Assembly (NCBI RefSeq): GCF_009914755.1
Contig: NC_060931.1
Source: the human T2T-CHM13v2.0 reference genome, Homo sapiens
Strand: one strand, 5' to 3'
DNA: 64,000 bases
A model generated the notes under the pieces. It was given only the letters and a program-made list of their open reading frames with translations, searched no databases and was not told the DNA's origin. Below, piece by piece: positions 20,781 through 45,006 of this stretch; positions within the stretch are counted from its first letter, which is position 1; each line of letters opens with the position of its first letter. A program made the translations under genes and the position numbers.

Positions 20781-21222
20781 TAAAGTTCACCTTTAAACAC
20801 CACCTCAATTGCCAAACGCAGCTCAAATTGTCCAGTGCTTTTTTTTCTCTCATGCTGTTCACCAATCCAACAGAGCCCTGGCTAGGTGACCCATGGGGAA
20901 AAGCATGCTTTTCACAGGGATTCGCTCTACTGTTCCTTCTTGCCTCTTTAACACAACACGTGCATGTGCTCAGGATTCACGAACAAAAACTTACTAAGAT
21001 ATGAAGCACCTTTCATCAACTATCTCAAAGAGAAGGCTAATCAATTAAATCTCACCTAACGTGTGAGACAGGTTAACTCCAGAACCTGATCAGAAAAAAA
21101 CAAAAACAAGGACAGAGTTTAGTCTGATACGGCATCACTTAATCAAACAACAAGGAGTAGTATTTTACCTACATCTCAAACACTTAAAAAGTATTTGTAC
21201 TTCTAAATCTGTGCCCCCACAG

Positions 21223-23886
<2,664 letters not shown>

Positions 23887-23919
23887 CCTGTTGCACAAGT
23901 GAGAATAAGGGAGGCTCCA

Positions 23920-24250
23920 TGGGACGGGGGAAGGCTTTGGAGTAGAGCAAACCTGGGTTTGAGGCCCATCTCCCCCATTTCCTAGGAAGTAGCCTACAGC
24001 CTCCTATTTAAGGTGGAGGAGCTTGTTAGAAATGAACACACTGGACCCCAGTTTCAGACTAACTGAATCAAAATCTCCATTTTAACAAGAGTCCCCAGTA
24101 ACTGAGAAGCACCAGCCTAAGGCAAGTGAAATGATCTCTAAGCCTTGCCTCCCCCCACCATTTACAAAAGTGGGGATAAGCATATTTACCCTACGGGGAA
24201 ACTGAGGATTAACAGGTGCCAAATATTTACCAAGCCTCTATCAAGAGGTG
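23920..24250. mobile_element. MIR interrupted by a MER5-like hAT fragment (~24020-24118)
   Basis: gagcttgttagaaatg...actgaatcaaaatctccattttaacaag...ctgagaagcac within MIR-like flanks. Confidence 0.55.
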
Positions 24251-24852
24251 TTAGTGTCTTACATATGTTACATCGTTTAATCCTCTCAACAACCCTATCA
24301 TGCAAGTATTGTTTCCATTATAAAAAATGAATACACTGTCGGGCTGCAACCCCGTCCAAGGTCGGACTGCTATTGAGTCGTAGAGCTGCTACTCACTGTG
24401 GCTCCCTGCTCTGCATTTGGCTTCCCATTAACCTCAATAATGCATATGCAACCTAGTGCAGCCAAGGGCACAGAATGTGTGAGAGCAAGGGAGGAAAGAA
24501 GCCTTGCACCTACAGAGAATCTAAACACTAGTTTAAAGCACAATCCACAAAGTTCAAAAACTGTACTCATATAAGCTTAAATGACTCAGCTGTGCTTATC
24601 CTTGAACTGATTTTCAGATAAGGATGTGGCATTAAATGAACAGTATTTATTTCAACAGTTGTGCTAAAATAGATCAACCAGCAGAATGCAACGACGGTTA
24701 ATAAGACTATGTGAAAATTCTCAATAAGACACAGAAAACTCTCAATATAGCTTTATTCCAGGCTCCTGAGGGATAGGAATTCAGACAAGAAAAGGAACAT
24801 CCTAAGAGTGTCTGTAATTGTAGGATATATTTCACATAAAGACTGAAATTCT

Positions 24853-27800
24853 CGGCCAGGCATAGTGGCTCATGCCTGTAATCCCAACACTTTAGGAGAC
24901 CCAGGTGGGAGAACCACTTGAGGCCAGGAGTTTGAGACCAGCCTGGGCAACACAGCAAGACGCCATATCTACAAAAATCAAAAATTTTAAAACTATGGCT
25001 GCATGTGGTGGCTCACGTCTGTAATCCCAGCACTTTGGGAAGCCAAGGCAGGAGGACTGCTTGAGCCCAGGAGTTTGAGACTAGCCTACGCAACAAAGCA
25101 AGACGCCATCTCTATTATTTAAAAAACAAAACAAAACTAGCTGAGCACAGTGTTACACACCTGTTATCCAAGCTACTGAGAAGGCTGAAATGGGAGGATC
25201 CCTTGAGCCCAGGAGTTCAAGGCTACAGGTAGCTATGCTGGCATCTGTACTCCAGCCTCGGCAATAGAGTGACACCCTGTCTCTTAAAAAATAATAAGTT
25301 CTAGGTTATCTTTCAATCGTTATTTTTTGAGTATTAACATTCCAGAAAAGAATGTGCAAAATTAACATTTAGAATCCCAATTTATAACAGTGCTAGTTCC
25401 AAACAAATCTAAAGTATGTGAATCACTCACTGTATCGACAGCTGTCTAATTTCACTCATCCAAGCCCACAATATGCCTGACACGGTCTCAGTCTGCCACA
25501 TTCTTCCTCTCTTACCTTTCTAGATACACTGGTCTTCTTTCATTTCCTCAAACACAATAAGCTCTCTTCCTCCCCAGGGCCTTTGCAATGGCTATTTCTT
25601 CTGCCCAGCCCTGATTTCCCTGTTTTGACAGATAGCTTGCTGATTCTTATCCTTTAAGGTGTGTCTTTTTTTTTTTTTAAATAGAGATGGGGATCTCGCT
25701 GTGTTGGCGAGGCTGGTCTCAAACTCCTGGCCTTAAGCGATCCTCTTGCCTTGGCCTTCCAAAGTGCTGGGATTAACAGTGTGAGCCACTGCACCAGGCC
25801 TTTATGGTGTGTCTAAATGGCACTTCCTTAGAGACCTTTCCGATCACCTGAAGTACATGCCCAACAGACCATCCCAATTATTCTCTACCTCATTCTATTG
25901 TCTATTTCCTTGTAGGTTTTATCATGAGTACTATTTTGTCTTTTTATATCCTCCCTCACCTCGAACGAAATTCGACTTCCAAGAGGGCAAGAACCTTATT
26001 TGCCTTTATTCCTGACATGTAGCTGAGTGCCTAGCCTCGGCTACGTGTCAGTGGATGCTCAACAGAAACTGGTTAAATGAATAGTGTGAGTAGGTGCCAG
26101 GCACTACGCTAGACAGTAGGATCTGGAAATAAGAGAGCATCTGCCCTCTGAAAGCTCCAAGTTTAGTGGGGAAATGAACAATCAATAAACTACCAAAGAG
26201 GCAGTTAAGAGTGATATGAGGGTTACTCAGCAGTGCTGAAGAGGCACACTGAAGGTGCTCCTGTCCTAATCCAGGAGGTGGGGAAGCCAAAGGTGTTTTC
26301 AAGAGGTGGTGATGCTGGCTAAATGCAATGGGAGATTAGCATTTTGCTCTTATATGGCAGCTACAGTGAAGTTTTTTCCAAGGACATGAAGTAAGATGGC
26401 CCCTCAGAGTTCAACTCGAGATCAACACACAATGACTGAGGGGAGTACAAGCCATTTGAAAGAGAAAATCTGGTTTTCCACATAGCAAGATTCAAGTACA
26501 GCCAGAATCAATGTATTCAGACATGCAAAGGATTAAGGTATCTCATAAAAGGGTCACCCCTGCAAGCTCAGAAGAAGAATGAAAAAGAAAGACTGGCAGG
26601 GGCCACTGAAGCAACTAGATAGGGGAGAAAAGGAGTCTTTGTTCATAGACATGAGGTTTCTGGTCACAACAGATCTACGATGAGATGGTGGTATCATCAG
26701 ATTGTGTCAGACCATTATACATTTGATTCATCTCATTGTTTTTGTTCTAATGCCTTCTCGAATAACCTTCTTTCCAATGATAGTATGGGATCCCAGCTAT
26801 GTTTACCTATAGAGACCAGAAACACTGGTACACAATTAAAATTATATGCTGGTTTTCCAGTTGTACCTTTCAGACTTATGAGCTTGGTTCATCTGATGCC
26901 ATGGAAGTAGATCTGCTCTTAGTACACAAATTAGATGCTTGGAAGGCAGGGGAGTCCCCTTCCCAACAAAGGATAAGGTTGGCCAGAACTCAAAACAGAG
27001 GAGGAAAAGGATTTTTGTAAGAAATGTTTGAGGTGAACCTCACAGACACAGAAAGAGAAGGAAGAGGGACAAGCCAAGGATGATTCCAATGTTTCTGGCT
27101 TGAGTTATCTCAAGTTGAGTTATCCTGGTATTGCTGATGGTAATACCATTCAGCAATCGAGGAATAAGAGAGGGCCTAAGACTTACAGAGAGGCCAGGCA
27201 CAGCGGCTCACGCCTGCAGTCCCAGCTACTCAGAAGGCCAAAGCAGAACGATGGTTTGAGCCCAGGAGCCAGGAGTTAGAGGTTACAATGAGCTATGACA
27301 GTGCCACTGTACTCCAGCCTGGGCCACTGAGCGAGACACTGTCTCCAAAAAAAAAAGACTTATACAGATGTTCCATTTAGGACATGTTGAATCTGGGGTC
27401 TCTGAAAAGCAGCAAAGAGAAGATGTCCAGTAGGCATTTGGCCATCCAAGACCAGAGCTCAAGAGATATGGAATTTTTATTCTAAAAACACATTCAGGCA
27501 ATAATAGATGAAATCACTCAAGAATAGGGTACTAACTACCAAGAGATAAGGATGAACTGTGAAACCCCGAGTAAAGCCATTTTTTTTTCTTTTTTTTTTT
27601 TTTTTTGAGACAGTCTTGCTCTGTTGCCCAGGCTGGAGTGCAATGGCGCCACCTTGGCTCACTGCAACCTCCACCTCCCGGTTCAAGCGATTCTTGTGCC
27701 TCAGCCTCCTGAGTAGCTGGGATTACAGGTGTGTGCCACCACATGCGGCTAATTTTTGTATTTTTAGTAGAGGCAGGGTTTCACCATGTTGGCCAGGCTG

Positions 27801-27884
27801 GTCTCAAACTCCTGGCCTCATGTGATCCACCCACATCAGCCTCCCAAAGTGCTGGGATTACAGTTGTGAGTCACGCGCCCAGCC
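24853..27884. mobile_element. FLAM+AluJ(+) 24853-25295, L2 3' ends 25440-26330 with FLAM(-), monomer(+) 27191-27357, AluS(-) 27581-27884
   Basis: L2 motif ccccagggcctttgca...ttcttctgccc; Alu TSD gagtaaagcca. Confidence 0.8.
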
Positions 27885-30800
27885 CTGAGTAAAGCCAGTA
27901 TTTAAGAGAAGAGGAACCTACAAGGTATCCTGAGAAACAGATAGGCATCTAGAATTAAGTTAAGTATTTGTTAGGTTATCATTTAATGTCTGCTTTCAAC
28001 AAGTATGCAATGTCTTACAGAGAAAATTCAAGTTTTAAAAAGAAAAAAAAATTTGCTTATAGTAAAGTTACTGAAAAAGAAAAAGTTCTTTCAGAATACC
28101 GTAACATGGCTTCCTGGGACAGGAAGGAAACCAATGAGATACACCCTCCTGACCTCTTACCAGTACTTCAAAAAGTGCAATAAAGCTGGTTGAGAGAAAC
28201 AAAGAAGTTTCTCTGGAGACCTACTTTAAACGCTTAATCCGTGCCAAAAGTCCAAAGTCCATGAAGCTAACTACCTTTGGATGAATTTTCAAGGCAGAGA
28301 TAAAATCTCCAATGTGCACTTTAATGACTAATACTAGTTTTGAGAGACATTACTACACATCTATGCTCTGGGACAGACCAAACCTTCAGTCTCTACGTCA
28401 ATGGTACAACAGAGTACTATTCTCCCCAGTAGTGTTACTGAATTTGCGACTCACTGAGTTGGAAGAGCTGCTTAAAGGTTTATCATCATCAAAAGCCATT
28501 TATTAGGGGGTGTTCTTGTTTTTTTTTGAGCAAAGTGCTAAAAACTCCATTGTACGTTTCCTACCCCATCATAGTTTACAACTTTGTTGGGTAAGATCAA
28601 ATGACTCCAAAAAACACCTCTGGAATTTCAATACAAGTTGCGATAGTTAAGTGCCAAAACAAGTGGTATGACAGCTGTCGGGATGCAGAAGTAATCAGTA
28701 AAGCCTGGATCGTGTAAGAAAATGGGGCTTGAGCCAGACTTTAAGGAAAGGCCAAGCAGTCAAGAAGGAATATGATGTCCAAGGAATATCATAGGCAGGG
28801 TACAGCTGACAGCAAAGGCACAGATGCAGCAACTGTGCCTAGAACCAGTTGATCAGTTTTATTGCAATAAGAGGTTCATGTAGCCAGGCTGTGGTAGATA
28901 AAAGCAGATAAGTAGACAAAAAGCAAGACGGTAGAGAGCCAGACCACAGCATTTTGTACTTTATCCTATGAACAGTACATAGCCAGTGAAGGTTTTATGC
29001 CGAGGTAGATGACGGATGCAAAGCACAATTTTAGGAAAATTAATCTGGCAACTGTGTATAGAAAGGTTAATGGAATATCATCATTGTGGCGAGGTATACA
29101 TGTGTCAAAACTCATCAAATGTATACACTTAAAATTGCTGAATTTTACTGCATATAAATTATACCTCAGGAAGACCAATTTTTTCAAAACAAAGGACAAA
29201 GATAAAGACAAGAATAAGCAGATTATTAAAATACAGGCTGGAAAAAAAGTCAGGCTGTAAAATCCTGAATATTTGATAGCTGAGATTAATTCAAGCCAGC
29301 TGATTATACACATTTTTTCCCAACTTCAGCAACATAACACTAGTAGCCTGAAACCAGCCATGATAGAGTATTTATACCTCAGAAATCAGCAAACATTACA
29401 AATCAGGGCTTTATCCCCCTCCCCAGGGTGGTTGTTCAATATTCACCAGCACACCACTGTGTAATTTCTATACGAGGTTTGGCTTGGATATGGTGCTAAA
29501 TGAAGAGTTCCTCGACATTTCTTCTCACTCAAAATAATGACATAATTCCGAAGCACCATATCTTAATCTTACCAGCAGTAGACAGTTATCAAAAAAGTGT
29601 TAAGATTTAAGAGTCTAACATTTTACTAGTTTCAAGAATTAAAGCATGCCCATGAATAAGAAACCTTTGTGTCTCCCAATCAAGGTTTCTAGCTATTATG
29701 TGGTTTGGGACTAACACCAACTGATGATGACAATGCACAAAAAATTCCACCATTCATTCCATTATACTAAAGGCTAATTGCATGGGCCTATTATTGGAAT
29801 ATGCTTTCCTAGTTCAACTAGCTGCATTTCAATAGAGTAAAGAGGGTTTTCTGGAGAAACCCTACTGTGAAAAGATGAACTTTGTCTTAACAACTTTAGT
29901 TTCAAAAACTATTCATTTATAGATGCCTATTTCACGTCTCTGAAGCAAAATGGTTCATTTGTTATGTAGATTACTAAGCAGTCAGTCACTTAAGAATAAA
30001 AAGTTTCTTCTTTAGAGGCTCCAGCTAACTGTCTGCATAGGTTCAATCTAAAAACCAGCAAAGCATACTGCTAAATATGATAGCAAATAATTGTTTAAAC
30101 ACAAATGAGCACCACCTTCAAATTTTCCAATCCACTTTCCAAGGGCCAATCTATGGTTATCCCCAACAAAGATTGCCTGCTCCTGGGTTTCTTACCAGTA
30201 AAGGGAAGAAATGGGGGGTCACAAGAGGGGAATAAGGCAGGAGGTATAGAATGATGTTCTCTACTGCAGATCTGACTCCATGAGTCCTTAACTAACAGCC
30301 TTAAGTTTTGTTTCAAAAGTTCTTAAGTCCATTGCGTAGAACTCAGAATGTAACTTCCTACACACAAAAGCCAATTTAACTCACTTTTATCTGAAGTACA
30401 CTATTTAACTCTGGAATATTAGCCATCATCTATACCAATGCTTTTACTAAAAAAAGTAAGTGCATTCAGAGTTTTAATTGAGACACTAAAACCATCATTT
30501 GAACCTCATTGCAACTGGAGCCCCTCTCTCTCAGAGAAGGAATACAAAACACAGGAGAAAGATCATAAAGAACTATGTAATGTAAGGAGCAGGGAGAAAA
30601 TGTCAGGTGGGAAAAATGGCCGGAAATGGGAAGAAGAAACATGTACAAGAATCACCAGGAGAGTGACATTCCCCGCCCCACTGATACCTAGAGAGGGGCA
30701 GGCAGGGGGTAGGTATTCATCAGACATGCACACTTTGATGAAGCACCCCGTGAATTTCTGACCTACACCTCAAAGAACCACAGCTCCAAGGAGTGAGCTG

Positions 30801-30953
30801 CAAGGCCATGAAAAACATACAAGGGGACGGTTCAGAGCCCCAGGTTTGCTCACTGAGCATTCTTTCTACCAGACTCCAGTCCAAGGGTCTTTTCCTTTTG
30901 CTTCTAATTGCCCTGGAAGAGTAGAAATAAGAACCCTTCAAAAAGAGAAAAAT

Positions 30954-33318
<2,365 letters not shown>

Positions 33319-33474
33319 TCTATGAATCATTTTATAGCAAAGGATGTGTTATGTGAAAAGATGACTGAGAATGAAGCCTAAGGGAAAAACAACCTTTAAT
33401 ACATGTACACAGAGAGATGCAGGACCAAGGTAGGCCTTTATTATGAGATAGAATTTAAAATGTTCCTTCAGTTT

Positions 33475-33643
33475 AGGGGTCCACAAACTAGGGCCCACCC
33501 CCTGTTTTTGTAAATAAAGTTTTACTGGAACACGCCATGCCCATCCATTTACGTATTATTGATGGCTGCTTCTGTGCTGCAACAGCAGAGTTGAATAGTT
33601 GCAAAAAAGACCATACAGCCCACAAAGCCTAAAATATTTACTA
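33475..33643 (+). mobile_element. MER58A (hAT-Charlie)
   Basis: cctgtttttgtaaataaagttttactggaacac...gcagagttgaatagttgc...aaagcctaaaatatttacta; appears to resume as tggccctt after 34093. Confidence 0.8.
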
Positions 33644-34093
33644 TAGGCTGAGTATTCTTTATCTGAAATGCATGGGACCAGAAATGTTTTGGATTTACTT
33701 GCATATACATAATGACATATCTTGGCGATGAGACTCAAGTCTAAACATGAAATTCATTTACATTTCTTTCTTTTTAAAGAGATGGGGTCTCATAATGCTG
33801 TCCAGGCTGGTCTCAAACTCCTGGGCTTGGCGATCCTCCCACCTCAGCCTCCCAAAGTGCTGGGATTACATCATGAGCCACCACACTGGGCTCATTTATG
33901 TTTCATATACATCTTATACACATAGTCTGAAGGTAATTTTAAACAATATTTTAAATAATTCTGCACATGAAACAAAGTTTGTGTTAAGTATTTATGTGTG
34001 GAATTTTCCACTTGTGTTACGTAGGTGCTCAAAAAGTTTTGAATTTTGGAGCATTTTAGATTTTGGATTTTCAGATAAGGGATGCACAACCTG
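33644..34093. mobile_element. Tigger4/Zombi-type MITE containing an antisense FLAM (~33765-33891)
   Basis: TIRs taggctgagtattctttatctgaaa...tttcagataagggatgcacaacctg; internal ttttggagcattttagattttggatttt. Confidence 0.8.
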
Positions 34094-34275
34094 TTTTTGG
34101 CCCTTATAAAGCCCGCTCACTCATACTTTACTCAACGGCCTTTAGGCAAAGCCTATCCCTATTTCCTACCTCAGTTTTTCCATTTGAGAAATGAAATGTA
34201 CACTATGTTCAAGTTCAACAAGAACTTAAAAGGCTCATTTTTAATAATTAAGCTAATCACTAAAAATTTTCCTCA

Positions 34276-36937
<2,662 letters not shown>

Positions 36938-38134
36938 CTACTACTGGTACTTTCAGGCAGGCAACACCCTTAACCTCTAAACAGAACGAACTATTTTCCC
37001 CACATATGGTTTTCAGAGCACTAGGAAGAAACACTGAAACAGAAAGGCATCTGTTTAGAAGCAGAACTTTAACTCCTTGTAAAACAGCCTGCCCGTACCT
37101 GTGGCCAAAGCAAAAGCAAACGGGCTAAGTGGCCCAGACCCTCCTAACTCTGCCTGTCTTTCAAGAGAACTCCTACCATCCCCAGCATGCAGTTGCTTTT
37201 GAGCTCCCTTTGTATCTCAAAATCCATAAAAATGTTGAGTACCACAGATCGTTCTTTCAATCATCAGTTCAGAATACAGAAACAGACCAAAGGCAATGCA
37301 AAGACAATCTATAATTTAAAAATTCCTTGACCTCTATCTGCCTCGTAAGTCCATCTAGCTAAAATGTACATTTCATATAAAGTTCAATTATTAAAAAGCC
37401 AGAAAAAATCCATAAAACCCTCTGAATCTTAGAAAGCTCTCTCAGATGCATTTTAAATTTTCAAATAGCTCACATGCCTGCACTTGTTAACTTTTCGTCA
37501 AATGACTTCAGCTTTTTTTATATAGGCAGGTAATTATATTCATTCCAGGACTCTAACATCCTAAACACAAAGTTTAACCGGCATTATAACCAGCTTAACA
37601 GAAAAATCCTCTTCCATTAAACAGATCCGATTCAAGGGGTATCTAAGAAAAATAGGAAAACAGTTTCCAGATACAGCACTGGCTTTTATCCACCACAGAA
37701 ATCAACAACTCAGCTTCTACAAACTTTAACAAGTTTGCTTTAAATTTCTAAGCCATTTGAAATAGAATATGCACAAGTGGTTAATGATCTTGTATTTTCT
37801 TCCCACTTAAAAAAAAAAAGAAGCCATTTATCACACTCAAGTTCTAACAATTAAAAAAAAAAAAAAAAGCCTACCAAAAATCAAATCCCAAACCACAGCC
37901 ATCCTCTCCAGAACTTTGCAACAGTCTAGTTCACATCTACAAGCCTTACTTTTGTTTGGAAAGCTAGGGGGAAGGAAAGCAGCCTGTTTTAGATTTCATT
38001 TCTAGGGAAATAGAAATAGACGCAAAGCCTCAAGGTTACACAGTACACACAGAGAACATCCTGTCCACTAGCCTAAACACACTCTAAGCATGTACACGGC
38101 TAATGGCCAAACCACCTGCAAAAGTTCCATTTGC

Positions 38135-38616
<482 letters not shown>

Positions 38617-39740
38617 CTACAAATTCGAGATTATGCTGTTTTTCATTTTATTTTAGAACAGTCACCTTGTATCCAACTGATCCAGCCCACTTTTACTGCC
38701 AAGGTGTTAACATGCATTACATTTGCTGAAGACAGAAAGAAAATGAAATAGTCCCAGCCCCTACCCTGAGGACACACCCTCACATCCCTACTCCTTCTCC
38801 ATCAGCTAAACTGTGTGTGTGCAGATGTGTGTGTGCCTGCTGGAGTCTGGGGTGCAGGGAGGTTGGTGGTAACAAAAGACCATGAGGCTGAGACAATCAA
38901 CTAGCCAGGGTTTTCTGAGAAGAAAGGGCACAGGCAGGGACACTGGGCAATACATGCTTCTGTCTAGTTCTTTTCATCTCAAGCATGGTTCACGCAGTAA
39001 AAGGTCTCCCTGGACTAAATCCTGAACTAATAAAAAGCCTTTATTTTAGAGAGAGCAGGGAAGTATGTAATTGTTAAATATCAAGGAGCTAGGAAACACA
39101 ATTAAAACTTTGAACTGGGAGGTGAAAAGGAGGGGTAAAAAAACAACAACTTTGAACTGTAAGGTTTAAAAAAGTTAACCTACCTGCATAGGATTCTCCT
39201 AAATTAAAAATAGGATCTACACAATGCTCAGTGTTGCCCCTGCATCTCAATGAACATACCAACATACCTTTGAATACGCTCCTTAACACTAGCACAAGTG
39301 TGAGACTTCTCACCAAAAGCTAGTATCAAGTATGCACACGCGAATAAGTGCTTACTATTCCATGCTATGATTCACATCTATTCTTTTAAGGCACTGAGAA
39401 TTTCAAAACACGACTCTCTGTAATTTGCTCTCCAAAAACTGCTTTTATTAGACACTGGCAGGCCTCAAACTTTCATGTCTTAAAGCAAGACAAATGCTCC
39501 TATTAAAAAGGGACTGGCAGCCCAGGAATGCCAAAAGCTGCAAGAAGTCCAAAGCAATCTCTTATATCATCACCTTTATATATACACGCACGCACATACA
39601 GTTGATTAACAGGAGGCACTCCAGCTTTCTAAAGGAAGTTCTTTTAACTATATCCATACTTGCTACATACAATGTAGCAAGAGTAAGAGATAAAGACTGA
39701 AAGTATCCTCATGAAAGACATTGTCCAAAAAATCCAAATT

Positions 39741-40515
39741 CTTTTTTTTTTTTTTTTGAGACAGTCTTGCTCTGTCACCCAGGATGGAGTGCAGCAACAC
39801 AATCAAGACTCACTGCAACCTCTGCCTCCTGGGTTCAAATGATTCTCATGCTCAACCTCCTGAGTAGCTGGGATTACAGGCATGTGCCACCACACCCAGC
39901 TAATTTTTGTATTTTTATTAAAATAGAGACAGGTTTTTGCCATGTTGGCCAGGCTCAAGTGCCCGGCCCCAAAATCCAAATTCTTAAAATTACCAACCTG
40001 TACAAAGCTATACCTATTCATATTTCACAATAAAAAACACCTGTGAAGACCATTTGTTGTCCCACTGAAAACTAAGGAGCATGGGCTGGATGCTTGAGGC
40101 CAGGAGCTCACAACCAGCCTATACAATGTAGACCCTTTCTCTATGTATATGTTTAACATGTAAGAAAGAAAAGAAAGAAGGCTGTGCACTGTGGTTCTTG
40201 CCTGTGATCCCAGCACTTTGGGAGGTTGAGGCAGGTAGATCACTTGAGCCCGGGAGTTTGAAATCAGCCTGGGCAACATGGTGAAACCCCATCTCTACAA
40301 AAAAATACAAAATTTAGCCAGGTGTGGTAGTATACGCCTATAGTACCAGCTACTGAGGTGGCTGAGGTAGAAGGATCACTTGAGCCCGAGAGGTCGAGGC
40401 TGCAGTGAGCTATGATTGTGTCACTGCACGCAAGCCTGGGTAACTGAGCAAGACCTTGTCTCAAAAACAAAAACAAAGTAAAAAAAAAAAAAAAAAAAAA
40501 AAAGCACCAAAAAAC
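39741..40515. mobile_element. Internally deleted Alu(-) 39741-39970, FLAM fragment, AluJ(+) 40179-40515
   Basis: Alu matches; TSD aaaatccaaattctt. Confidence 0.85.
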
Positions 40516-40749
40516 AAGGCACATGGATGAAAGGAAATGTGTCATATGCTAGGAAAGAATAGAAAATGACCAACTCTAGTTCAAAGGAAATATAATAATT
40601 TCTATTATCTACCTGTTTCAAAAAGACTATAGTAAACAGCTAAGCTAATGCGTTTGAAACTGAAATTAAGACAAAAACTTGATTGACCATCACGTTTAAT
40701 ACCAGAATCCATTCCTAGACTTGTAAAAACAAAATAAAACTCCTGTTAA

Positions 40750-42210
40750 CACCCTACTTAAAACCTTCAATGAGTCTGGGGCCGGCAGCATACAACTCCA
40801 CCTGCCTCCATATCTGCAGGCTCTCCTCTGCTTATTCCTTGGCCTCACCAATCCTGGGACTCTACAGTCATGAACACTCATTAAGTTTCTTGAATAATGT
40901 GGTTTTACAGCTCTATGCCTTTGCCTCCCCTCCACCCGGAATGCCCCTCAACTCCACAGCTCTCTGAAAATGCCCACTCATCTTTCAAGACCAAGGTCAA
41001 ACTTCATCTCTTGGAACAGCCCCATTTCCCTAGGCAGGCTGCACATTGCACCCCGTTGTGTGTCCCTTTGCCACTCACTGGGAGACAAAGTTCATCTCTC
41101 TCCTAGAATGCAAGCTCCCTAGAATAGGAAAGCCATGTCTCACCTCTCTTGTTACCATCTTTACTGCTTTGCACAGGGTCTGACAGAAAGAAGGCACCAA
41201 AAATATTTGACTAGAAAATAAACTGAGAAAACACTGGGATACCATTTCACATCCATCAGATAAGCAAAATGTTAGAAAGCTGGATAAATGATGGTGTGGA
41301 TATGAATAAACAGGAACTCTCATATGTTGCTGATGGGAATGTGAGTTTGGTAAAATTACTTTGAAGAGTGATATTTTTCATCTCTCGCCAAGCTGAAAAT
41401 GAGCACTGTCAAAAGCAGCAATTCTGCTTCAGGTTACATACATTAGACTATTATTTGTCAAATATTGTCCTGATCAGCTTATTTTTAAATGAAGGGATAT
41501 TTATTCATATCTCAAGTATGCATCTCTCACATTGTATGTGTAAATATTTTTTCAGGGTAAATATTTTATAAAACTATAATTTCTATTACATGTAAATATT
41601 TATGCATATATATATGAACATTATGCAAATAAACACACACATATTTTGGGTATCAATGTAAAATACATTTCTTACTGTGTCTAGTGAACAAAAAAGGCTT
41701 GAAAAACACTATCCCAGAAAAACACATATGTGCTCAAAAAGACACTCATAAATGTTAATTATGACACTGTATATAACAGTGAAAAACTGGAAATAACCTA
41801 AATGTGCATTAACAAAATGGAAAAAATATGGTACACATATAACTCAATATAAATGAACTGGAAACAAATGAAGTAAAGCTACTAGAATACTTCTAATAAT
41901 ATCAATAAATCTTAAAAGTAATATTGAATCAAAATGTATATTTATATAAACATACAAAATACTACAAACATACATATATGAGAAAATAAACATGAATGGT
42001 ATGATGACAATTCAAGAAGACAGGGAGGGAAGCGGAATCAGGAAAGACATCACAGGAGGCTTTAGTGTAACTTCAGGTGTTATTACCTCAAAAAAAAGTT
42101 CTGAAGACAATGTTAAAATCTGACAACTGGGAAATGGATGCTGTTCATTATTTTATTCCACATATTTGTTGTGGTGCTTAAAATATTTTGTCATTGAAAA
42201 AAATGTAATA
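40750..42210 (+). mobile_element. L2 3' end (~40750-41220) followed by L1ME-like fragments (~41225-42210), probably with a hAT-Charlie remnant near 41450-41710
   Basis: ctagaatgcaagctcc...aaatatttgact (L2); gataccatttcacatccatcag...ggaactctcatatgttgctgatgggaatgt (L1M). Confidence 0.6.
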
Positions 42211-42275
42211 AACAATTGACTAGAAAAAGTCAAAAAAAAAAAAAAAAAAAGCAATCTTTAAAATGTCCTGGTGTT

Positions 42276-44548
<2,273 letters not shown>

Positions 44549-44972
44549 AAAGAAAAATTTCCAGTCCATAACTGTTAAACAAGAAACTTAATATTGCCAT
44601 TATTATGCAATTCAATCTGAATTACCCTTATCAACTAACTTCCAAAATAAAATAAAGTTTTACCTGCTTTTCGTAAGTTTGGTTTTATTCACAACTATGT
44701 GGCAGCTAAAATAAAGATCTACAGTCATATCCATGTTAAAGGCCTACTACTATATTTTAACCAATAAATATTACTACCAACCCAGAATTTGTTCTGCAAT
44801 ATCATTAATCATAATTTGAAGCAGCCCTCTCTTGCTATGGACAAGCTTAGACACTTTTTATGTGACTAGAAGTTATATAGTAATTTAGAAAATCATAAAA
44901 CTGATAACCAATTTCCTCAATAACATTTCCAAGTAATAAGCCAAATTTAGGTTAAAGAATCTATAACACCTT

Positions 44973-45006
44973 GGCCAGATGTGGTGGCTCACACCTGTAA
45001 TCTCAG
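44973..45006 (+). mobile_element. Isolated Alu 5' head (34 bp)
   Basis: ggccagatgtggtggctcacacctgtaatctcag with no Alu body after it. Confidence 0.85.

Noticed and set aside
28385-28490. Possible minus-strand C/D-box snoRNA (ATGATGA...CTGA)
   Set aside because: No terminal stem and the interval resembles a decayed MIR.
29722-29800. Plus-strand ATGATGA C-box-like motif
   Set aside because: Wrong strand for the host intron and no D box or terminal stem.
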